A stretch of DNA of 32,000 nucleotides from Geotalea uraniireducens Rf4. Lineage in GTDB: Bacteria; Desulfobacterota; Desulfuromonadia; Geobacterales; Geobacteraceae. Of this stretch, positions 1 to 7,061 are shown piece by piece. Location: NCBI RefSeq assembly GCF_000016745.1, contig NC_009483.1, positions 2,460,001-2,492,000 of the forward strand. Reading direction: 5' to 3'. A program made the translations under genes and the position numbers. The notes below the pieces were generated by a model. The model searched no databases, was not told the origin of the DNA, and saw nothing but the letters and a program-made list of their open reading frames with translations. Position 1 is the first letter of the stretch; each line of letters begins with the position of its first letter.

Positions 1-388
1 CCGTCGTCACGGGGATGAAATACAGATCAAGGGAACGTCCGGGGTACACTTCGATAGCAGTGAAATAGGGGGTCTTTACCTCGCCGTCGGTATTTGACTG
101 GAGTTTTCGGGTGGCGACTGCCCGGAAGAATCCCTCCGCGGTAAAGTAGTGTTTCTGGGTGCCCTTATTCTCGATAACGAGCTTGTAGGGAACCCCCTGG
201 CGGAAGACGATGGTCGCTGGATTGAAGGCAAAGTCGGTCATGGTGACGGTGGTGGTTTCCATCTTTGACCAGTCGGCGGCCTTGACCCGGTCTGCTGCGT
301 CCCGCACATAAGTTGCATGATGGTGGCCACAACCTGAAATGACAATGGTCGCTGCCGTCAGAATAATGGTCAGTAATATTTTTTTCAT
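1..388 (-). CDS. exported lipoprotein with cupredoxin-like domain (N-terminal part only; the gene runs off the left edge)
   Basis: This edge-open ORF is not in the supplied track. The reverse strand from ATG 388..386 (GAGGA 4 nt upstream) reads MKKILLTIILTAATIVISGCGHHH, a signal peptide plus lipobox Cys. It continues FAFNPATIVFRQGVPYKLVIENKGTQKHYF, a cupredoxin/plastocyanin-like pattern. Confidence 0.6.
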   Translation of the reverse strand, partial: MKKILLTIILTAATIVISGCGHHHATYVRDAADRVKAADWSKMETTTVTMTDFAFNPATIVFRQGVPYKLVIENKGTQKHYFTAEGFFRAVATRKLQSNTDGEVKTPYFTAIEVYPGRSLDLYFIPVTT

Positions 389-593
389 AGCGTCCTCACT
401 TTTCCGGAAGCAGAGGATAGTCGGTGCAACTCCTGCCTCGCCAAACGATGATGCTCCTGTGGACAGTTTATCATTATATATAACCTCCGCAAGAAACCCA
501 AGGCGGTTGGCGGACTCATGCCGGGACGGTCCGGTGACGCTGACCAATGGGGAAATCAGGTTGACAGTGAAAGGCTCGGGGGCAGATACTATC

Positions 594-622
594 TTGACAG
601 GTAATTATAAGGATAATATCTT
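594..622 (+). promoter_or_regulatory. sigma-70-like promoter candidate for the TVP38-family gene
   Basis: TTGACA (594-599), a 17 nt spacer, then TATCTT (617-622). A second TTGACA lies at 561-566. This is sequence pattern only. Confidence 0.35.
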
Positions 623-671
623 ACCTTGATGCCGGGCAAATTTGTCGCAACGGGGGGAGAGCGAGCAATCC

Positions 672-1376
672 ATGGGTTCAGCCGGTAAGAAAAACCACTA
701 CCACAGTGTCAAGGCGGCTGTCCTGGTCCTGCTTCTGGTCGTGCTCAGTGTCCTCGTCTGGCGTGAGGCTCCGCCGGAGTTATTTGATCCGAAATGGATT
801 GAAGACTTTCTGGAAGGGGGGGGCAGGCTGGCGCCGCTCTTGTTTGTGCTGCTCAGGGTCGTCGCGATTGTGGTGACCGTCGTCCCCAACGCTCCCCTCG
901 ATATCGCCGGAGGCGTGCTCTTCGGGCCTTTCTGGGGAACTATATACTCGCTGCTGGGGTCCGAGGCGGGGGCCATTGCCTGTTTTCTCCTCGCCCGTCA
1001 CCTCGGCAGGGAGGCGATCACCCGGCTTCTGCATCGGGATATCACCTTCAGCGACCGGATTGCCCGGCGCCATCTTGCATACATCGTCCTTTTTGCCCGT
1101 CTTGAGCCGGTATTCTCTTTCGCCCTCGTCAGCTACGGGGCCGGCCTGACAGGGATGTCGCTGCGCTCCTTTGCCCTGAGCACGCTGATCGGGATGACTC
1201 CAGGCACCATTATCCTCAACTACTACGGGAAGAGTTTTTTCTCCGGCAGCATTCTGCTGCAGGTCTCCCTGGGGCTCGTTCTCGTGGTATTGCTGTTCGT
1301 CGTCCCGGTCTGGATCAAGCGGAAAAACCCCTGGGGGTGGTATGATAAAATGACCGGGGGCGGCAAAATGAGGTAG
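672..1376 (+). CDS. TVP38/TMEM64 (SNARE-associated, DedA-related) family membrane protein
   Basis: Track ORF 642..1376. It contains VVPNAPLDIAGGVLFGPFWGTIYSLLGSEAGAIACFLLARHLGRE, the family core, plus multiple hydrophobic helices. I prefer ATG 672 (GGGGGAGAG upstream) over TTG 642. Confidence 0.8.
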   Translation: MGSAGKKNHYHSVKAAVLVLLLVVLSVLVWREAPPELFDPKWIEDFLEGGGRLAPLLFVLLRVVAIVVTVVPNAPLDIAGGVLFGPFWGTIYSLLGSEAGAIACFLLARHLGREAITRLLHRDITFSDRIARRHLAYIVLFARLEPVFSFALVSYGAGLTGMSLRSFALSTLIGMTPGTIILNYYGKSFFSGSILLQVSLGLVLVVLLFVVPVWIKRKNPWGWYDKMTGGGKMR

Positions 1377-1838
1377 GTTGCCCACGCTCGATGGAGCGAG
1401 CCGTCCGATAAACCGATCAGCCGTATCGATTCCCTCCACACCTGCATCAGGAAGATCCCAAGAAACATAACCACATGCATGTCTCACGCGATGGCGCAAC
1501 GAAAGGTTTATAAACTATTTTTGGATCATGGTTTTAAATCGTCGCACCGTCGCTTAAAGTCGCCTACTTTTGGTGCGTCGTTGCGTGCCCCCTTCTTTAA
1601 TATTTGGTTTTCGACTGATCGAGCCGTTATTGTTACAATAGTTGATCTTCAGAGGGTGAGATCAAGGGTTGTTACAAATATAACAATGTTATTTATTGCT
1701 GAAATCTGTTAAACTGCAACACTGTAAATCATCGGCATCTGAGGAAGGGTCGTCCATGGGTCGGGTGTTTAAATCGGTGTACAAGAAGTCATTCGCGAGA
1801 CATTGAACCATAAACGGCTGATAAAGCGGGAGCCGGAC

Positions 1839-3887
1839 ATGATAAATCAGAAGAATATGCCTGAAGTGGTCTCTGAACTGCGCCATCGTGCGGAAGAGCA
1901 ATTTATTGCTAAAAAGGGGGCGATAGTTCTTCCAGGTACAGAAAAAGATACGTTGGCACTCCTTCATGAATTTCAGATCCGCCAGATTGAGTTGGAGTTG
2001 CAGAACGAAGAACTGCGCAGGTCCAAGGAGGAACTGGAGACATCGCGGAATAAATACGCCCTCCTCTACGATTTTGCACCGGTGGGTTATTTCACTCTCA
2101 GCAGTGACGGTGCTATCCAGACTGTTAACCTGACCGGAGCCAACCTGCTGGGGATAGAACGTTCTCTCTTGGCTAACCAGCGCTTTGAGCATTTCGTTGC
2201 CGATGAAGACCGCCCCGCCTTCGCTGATTTCCTCCGGATGGTATTTCTGAGCCGGGACAAAGAGACGTGCAGGCTGAAGCTCTCGAAAGACGACAACCAG
2301 CCGCTTTTTGTACGGATAGAAGCAACGGCTGCCGAATCAGGGGAAGAGTGTCACGCTGCCCTAATGGACATTACAGAGCGCAGGCGGGCGGAAGAGGCCC
2401 TGCGGGACAGTGAATACAACCTGGCAAAGGCTCAGACAATGTCCCATGTTGGGTCTTGGCGCTCAGACCCCTTAACAGGCGCATTGAACGTCTCGGATGA
2501 AATGCTGCGCATTTTGCGTCTCGGCCACGATGAAGTTACGCAGGAAGCTTTTGCCAGCGTGGTTCATCCGGAAGACCTCGACACCGTCATGGACAACCTC
2601 CGGTTAGGAATCGAGCAAGGCAAAAACTACGAAATCGAACATCGTTTGCTGCTTAGAGACGGCACGTCAAAGTGGGTCTATACGATTGTCGAGCCGTCTG
2701 TCAACGCCGCTGGAAAAGTCGTGAAGCTGTACGGCACGACCCAGGACATAACCGAACGCAAGCAGGTCGAGGTCGAGTTAAGAAACCAAAAGAACGAATT
2801 GCAGGCGATATTCGATTCGGTCAACGATGGTATCATCATCTATGACCAAAACGGCTTGATTCAGCATCTCAATCACTTCTGTCAGCAGTTATTTCCACAG
2901 GAGGTCCTTCCGGGCAGATCTTGCAGGGATATCTTCCATACGGAAATCCCCTCATCGCCGCAAAATTGCCCCGTCGAACGGGCCCTTCGTGGCGAACGGG
3001 TGGAGACATCCATGGTTTCCGTGCGCGAAGGGCAGAAAACCACGTATATCGACATCACGGCCACCTCTATCGAAGGTGCACAGGGAGAGAAAAACCGGGC
3101 ACTTGTCTTTTTCAGGGACATGACGGAAAAAAGATTTCAGGAACTGCAGCTGATTCAGAACGATAAAATGTCGAGCATCGGCGTGCTTGCCACCGGGGTC
3201 GCCCATGAAATCAACAATCCGCTCTCCTCGGTGGCAGGTTACGCAGAAGCGCTACTGCGCCGCTTCCGCGACGAGCCTGCACTGGGGGAGGACAAGCGGC
3301 TGGCGGCCTTTCCAAAGTACCTTGAGGTCATCATTCGGGAGTCTTATCACTGTAAGAGGATCATAGACTGTCTACTCAACTTTGGCAGAAAATCGGACGG
3401 TTCCGTCGGCAGGGTGGATATCAACGGGATCCTTTTGGAAATTCTGGAACTTTTAAGGCACCAGTGGAGCGGTGGATATATCGAAGTCGTGACCAACTTG
3501 AAGAAGAACATCCCTCTTATCCACGGCGATCCAACCGGACTTCGCCAGGTCTGCATGAACCTGCTGATGAACGCCCATCAGGCGAGCAAGGAGGGGGGGC
3601 TTGTGGAGATAACGACGGATTGCACGGATGATAAAATGGTCTGCGTCAAGGTCCGTGATACCGGCTGCGGTATAGCCCAGGATGTGATAGATCGGATCTG
3701 GGACCCATTCTTCACAACCAAAGAGGTCGGTAAAGGACTAGGTCTCGGTTTGGCCATTACCTACAATATCGTTAAGAGTCATGGAGGCGAAATCAGCGTG
3801 GAAAGCCATATCGGTGAAGGATCACAATTTACGTTGTATTTACCCGTCAACTGTGAGCAAGCGGGCAGAAAAGGTACGGATTTCTGA
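1839..3887 (+). CDS. cytoplasmic multi-PAS sensor histidine kinase (no adjacent response regulator)
   Basis: Track ORF 1803..3887. It has a coiled-coil ELELQNEELRRSKEELE lead-in and three PAS-like blocks. The H-box is GVAHEINNPLSSV, and HATPase_c motifs NLLMNAHQA, DTGCGI and GLGLGLAI are present. No TM segments. ATG 1839 has GGAG 6 nt upstream, so it is preferred over TTG 1803. Confidence 0.9.
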   Translation: MINQKNMPEVVSELRHRAEEQFIAKKGAIVLPGTEKDTLALLHEFQIRQIELELQNEELRRSKEELETSRNKYALLYDFAPVGYFTLSSDGAIQTVNLTGANLLGIERSLLANQRFEHFVADEDRPAFADFLRMVFLSRDKETCRLKLSKDDNQPLFVRIEATAAESGEECHAALMDITERRRAEEALRDSEYNLAKAQTMSHVGSWRSDPLTGALNVSDEMLRILRLGHDEVTQEAFASVVHPEDLDTVMDNLRLGIEQGKNYEIEHRLLLRDGTSKWVYTIVEPSVNAAGKVVKLYGTTQDITERKQVEVELRNQKNELQAIFDSVNDGIIIYDQNGLIQHLNHFCQQLFPQEVLPGRSCRDIFHTEIPSSPQNCPVERALRGERVETSMVSVREGQKTTYIDITATSIEGAQGEKNRALVFFRDMTEKRFQELQLIQNDKMSSIGVLATGVAHEINNPLSSVAGYAEALLRRFRDEPALGEDKRLAAFPKYLEVIIRESYHCKRIIDCLLNFGRKSDGSVGRVDINGILLEILELLRHQWSGGYIEVVTNLKKNIPLIHGDPTGLRQVCMNLLMNAHQASKEGGLVEITTDCTDDKMVCVKVRDTGCGIAQDVIDRIWDPFFTTKEVGKGLGLGLAITYNIVKSHGGEISVESHIGEGSQFTLYLPVNCEQAGRKGTDF

Positions 3888-3944
3888 TCTTTTTATGACA
3901 GTGTTGAATCTATGCAAACTCTATTGAATCAAACCCAGATCCAT

Positions 3945-4015
3945 AACGCAGAGACGCGGAGACGCAGAGAAAAAGCTCTAAAAAACAAGCCGTTGATCTT
4001 CTCAGTGTCTGCGTT
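3945..4015. repeat. small inverted-repeat (MITE/REP-like) intergenic element
   Basis: AACGCAGAGAC (3945-3955) faces GTGTCTGCGTT (4005-4015), with one mismatch. There is an internal GAGACGC GAGACGC duplication. The element sits between convergent genes. Confidence 0.4.
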
Positions 4016-4210
4016 AAATTTATGTTTTCTGGACTTTGAATTTAAATACGATTGAACCAAAATATTTAGCTAAAGGTTGATAAATTACTGCCTGTACACC
4101 TCCTGCCGATGCCCCACTCTCACGACCCAGACGGTACGGTCGCCCGCTTTGTCTGTGATGATGTTGCCATGGTATAACCTCCCTTGTGACGTTGCATTCA
4201 TCATAACACC

Positions 4211-4235
4211 ATGACGTCATGACGTCATGACGTCA
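4211..4235. repeat. perfect tandem octamer (ATGACGTC)x3, equal to three abutting TGACGTCA palindromes
   Basis: Read directly: ATGACGTCATGACGTCATGACGTCA. It lies 14 nt beyond the helicase stop codon (4249-4251). Confidence 0.9.
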
Positions 4236-4248
4236 ATATGCCTTCAAA

Positions 4249-6642
4249 TCATCGCGCCCAGAACTCGGCGACATCCCTCAAGATGCTGTCGGAAACCAGA
4301 TCTGCCACATCGGACTCGAACCAGTCAGCCGGCATCGACCGGCTGTAGCTCGCTTCCGTGAACCTGTTGTCCATCAGGACAATGAGCCCGCGGTCGGTCT
4401 CGGAGCGGATGACCCTCCCTGCGGCCTGAATTGCCTTGGCCATTGCCGGAATCGTGTAAGCATACTCGAAGCCGGCGCCGTACTGCCGTTGGTAATACTC
4501 CCTCATCTGTTCGCGTTCCAGATCGTAATTCGGTAACGGTGGGCCGATCACAAAGGCCCCGATCACCATCTCTCCTGCGTAGTCCATCCCCTCGGAGAAC
4601 GAACCTCCCTGCACGGCAAACACGATCGTTGGAACGCTCCGGGCGCGGAGATGGCCCAGGATCTCCTCGACTCCGGAAGCCTTCATGCCCCGTTCCTGCC
4701 TCAGCACAGTGAACCCCTCGGGGGGCGGGAAGAGAACGACTACCCTCTCCAGGAATTCGAAACTCGGGAAAAAGACGAAATAGTTCCCACGGCGCAGTCC
4801 CGTTATCCTCTGGATGGCGTCGGCGATCTTCGCGTAGTTGCGCTCGCGATGGGCGTACCTGGTCGAGATTTGCGGGATGATCAGGAGCTTGCGCAGCTCT
4901 TTCGGGAAGGGGGATTGAAATTCCGCCGTCCTCACGTTCCCGGTATCCAGCCCGGAAAGCTTGGCGTAGTAGTCAAAGGGCTTCAGCGTTGCCGAAAACC
5001 CCACCACCTGTTCGTAGTCATCATAGCAATCCTTAAGCATTGCGGAGGCATCGCAACAGGTGATCTTCACCATGCCGCCGGTCGGATGTGGATGATAGGT
5101 GGTGAAGAACTCCTCTCTGTCAGGATCGACGACGTATTCCAGGGTCTCCGTGAACTCGGACCAGTAAAAAGAAAGGCGCAGAATTGCGTCCTCTTGCTCT
5201 ATCTCCACATGGGAGTCGAGGTAGCGGGAGAGGGCGGCACGGAGTTTTGCCTCCTGCTCAAGAAAACGCTCCGCAGGCGGATCGATCCGCATCGGTTTTG
5301 AACTTTGACCTTTCCTGCAGGAGGCAACGGATTGAATGCAACCGTCGAGAAGCTCCTCTGCCTCGCGTTGAAAGCGAGGGGGTACTTTCCGGATCCCGTC
5401 ACGCATTTTCTCCAGTATGACGGACGAGAGTGCCGGCGAATAGTAGTCCATGGCGCGGGCGGGAAGGTTATGGGCTTCGTCGATCACCAGGTTGGGCTTT
5501 CCTGTCTGATCGATGCCGACGGTCGTCATCCGGCCCAGTGCCGAGCGCGGGGCAAAGACGTAGTTGTAATCGCAGATGACGATGTCGGCTGCCTCTGCAC
5601 TGTCGAGCTGCAATTCAAACGGGCAGACCTGGTATTCCGCGCCCAGGTCGCGAAACGTGCGGGCCCTCAACTTCCGCTTCTTCGCCAAAATATCCTGAAG
5701 CCCATGGGCATATGTTTTTGCGTAGTAATCGCGGGCATATTCACAGTATTCGGGATTGCACAACGGCTCGTTCTTGAAGCAGATCTTGCTTTTTGCCGTG
5801 ATTGAGAGAGATTTGACGGCCGCACCCGTCTCCTGGAAACGGGTGACTGCGTCCTCGGCCACCGAGTGCTGACTGTTTTTCGGCGTGACGTAGACCACTT
5901 TCTGGCCCCGGCCCAGCGCCTCCTTCAGCACGGGATGGAGAACGCCGACGGTTTTTCCAAGACCGGTGGGTGCCTGGATGAGCATCGGTTTTCGCTCTGT
6001 CATTCCCTGTTCGATCTCATGCATGAGCTCGATCTGGCCGGGGCGCGGGTTAGCGAAAGGGAAGGTGAAACGTTCGGCAATCTTCCGTCTCCTGGCGGCA
6101 CGCTTCTCGGCTTGTTTGGTTGCAGCGACAAGTTCGTCAAGGCGCAGCTCCAGCCATTTCTCGTAAAGCGGGAGATCGAGTTGGAGTTCAAGATCCTCGG
6201 ACTCCCCGCCCCGGGAAGAGACGAGATGAAAGGTCAACGTGGGAAGAACATGGTGTCCGCGCCAGTAGAAGTAGCCGTAAGTCTGAAGTTGCAGGCAGTA
6301 CGGATGGTCAAGCGGCTTGTCTGCGAGCCTGAGCGCAAGCTCCCGGATGTTGAAGCTGCTCTTGATTTCCTCGATCTTCGGCGGATCGTGCCTGAAAATC
6401 CCGTCCATCCGTCCGTCGATCCTGAATTGGTACCCATCCCTCTCGAACAGACTGCTGACCGGGACCTCGGCTTGGTAAGAAGCATCGGCCCTGGCTCTTT
6501 TCCTCTGCACGCGGACATGGATTTCCTGCCCGTCGGCAGCCGGGCGTCCGTAACCAGAATGAGCTTCAATGCTCCCGGTTCGCGGCGCCGGTAATGCAAA
6601 ATCGCGGAGCGGGATGGTAATCAGTTTCATCGCTACTTCCAT
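4249..6642 (-). CDS. PD-(D/E)XK nuclease domain fused to an XPD/DinG (Rad3-like) Fe-S ATP-dependent DNA helicase
   Basis: Helicase motifs: APTGLGKT, a four-Cys cluster (KIC-x6-C-x4-C ... VCPFE), CDYNYVF, VIDEAHNL, GGSFSEGMDY and QAAGRVIRS. N-terminal nuclease motifs: RIDGRMDGIF, IEEIKSS and LQLQTYGY (D...ExK...QxxxY). The start may instead be ATG 6630 (MKLITIPL). Confidence 0.9.
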   Translation of the reverse strand: MEVAMKLITIPLRDFALPAPRTGSIEAHSGYGRPAADGQEIHVRVQRKRARADASYQAEVPVSSLFERDGYQFRIDGRMDGIFRHDPPKIEEIKSSFNIRELALRLADKPLDHPYCLQLQTYGYFYWRGHHVLPTLTFHLVSSRGGESEDLELQLDLPLYEKWLELRLDELVAATKQAEKRAARRRKIAERFTFPFANPRPGQIELMHEIEQGMTERKPMLIQAPTGLGKTVGVLHPVLKEALGRGQKVVYVTPKNSQHSVAEDAVTRFQETGAAVKSLSITAKSKICFKNEPLCNPEYCEYARDYYAKTYAHGLQDILAKKRKLRARTFRDLGAEYQVCPFELQLDSAEAADIVICDYNYVFAPRSALGRMTTVGIDQTGKPNLVIDEAHNLPARAMDYYSPALSSVILEKMRDGIRKVPPRFQREAEELLDGCIQSVASCRKGQSSKPMRIDPPAERFLEQEAKLRAALSRYLDSHVEIEQEDAILRLSFYWSEFTETLEYVVDPDREEFFTTYHPHPTGGMVKITCCDASAMLKDCYDDYEQVVGFSATLKPFDYYAKLSGLDTGNVRTAEFQSPFPKELRKLLIIPQISTRYAHRERNYAKIADAIQRITGLRRGNYFVFFPSFEFLERVVVLFPPPEGFTVLRQERGMKASGVEEILGHLRARSVPTIVFAVQGGSFSEGMDYAGEMVIGAFVIGPPLPNYDLEREQMREYYQRQYGAGFEYAYTIPAMAKAIQAAGRVIRSETDRGLIVLMDNRFTEASYSRSMPADWFESDVADLVSDSILRDVAEFWAR

Positions 6643-6681
6643 GTTTCCAAAGCAATATGGTTTGAACCCAAAAACGGCAGT

Positions 6682-6805
6682 TAGCCACGAATGACACGAA
6701 TAAACACGAATGTTTTTAACCCCTTGTTAAGTCTTGAGTAGTCACCGATCTGGTGAGTGTCTTCTGCATCACAAGAGCTTGTATATTCGTGCAAATTCGT
6801 GGCTA
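6682..6805. repeat. 124-bp MITE-like element with terminal inverted repeats built from CACGAAT heptamers
   Basis: TAGCCACGAAT (6682-6692) faces ATTCGTGGCTA (6795-6805). CACGAAT occurs 3 times on the left arm and ATTCGTG twice on the right. There is no coding potential. Confidence 0.5.
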
Positions 6806-7061
6806 GAATTCTTTCTTAACGGGTTCCAATCGGCTGAAATCCGGCGAGAAAGCCTGCTGCCGGTAGAAGTGTAATAGATTTTCCCCACAAGATAAAGGAG
6901 ATAGATGGCAAGGCGGGATGATTCACAGTCAATGGCTCAATGATTGGCAAGGCACGACACGAGGGGGTATTTGTGTTGACAAAACTTAATTGATGTATCA
7001 TAAGAAATTTGTAGTGCATTGGGCCGGGGTAATAATCCGGTGGTAGGGCAGCCGTTCCGTT

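Noticed and set aside
400-470. A GAUGAUGCUCCU stretch resembling the 3' part of the fluoride (crcB) riboswitch.
   Set aside because: The 5' half (GGCGAUGG..UUCGCC..AAACGC) is missing. The segment also lies upstream of the predicted promoters, and the downstream gene is not fluoride-related.
780-1499. A 239-aa reverse-strand ORF overlapping the TVP38-family gene.
   Set aside because: It is antisense to a CDS with clear family motifs. The product is a Pro/Gly/Asp/Arg-rich nonsense-like sequence.
1571-1585. A sigma-54-like TGGTGC...TTGC upstream of the PAS kinase.
   Set aside because: The GG-to-GC distance is 11 nt rather than the required 12, and the -24 element is degenerate. The spacing is strict for RpoN promoters.
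1479-1712. A 77-aa plus-strand ORF in the leader of the PAS kinase.
   Set aside because: It has no SD and an AT-rich, non-coding-like composition. It is riddled with the palindromes described above, so the stretch is more likely regulatory DNA.
1950-1970. A TTGGCAC match at about 1955, and TGGCAC at about 7196.
   Set aside because: Both lie inside coding sequence and lack a correctly spaced TTGC/-12 element.
4020-4220. A 66-aa reverse ORF, and a 16-codon mini-ORF (4120..4170, MATSSQTKRATVPSGS) behind a strong AAGGGAGG.
   Set aside because: The 66-aa ORF starts inside the octamer repeat and has no SD or recognisable fold. The mini-ORF has a good SD but no downstream gene to regulate, and I cannot assess its conservation. 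It was too speculative to call.
4431-6599. Numerous 60-240-aa ORFs on both strands inside the helicase gene (for example 4651..5301, 5305..5805, 5866..6594).
   Set aside because: All overlap the helicase frame, which carries every SF2/XPD motif. They show no independent coding signal.
6905-6943. A 12-codon ORF behind AAAGGAG upstream of the membrane-protein gene.
   Set aside because: It is too short to evaluate, and it is followed by the candidate promoter (TTGACA at 6976) rather than preceded by one.
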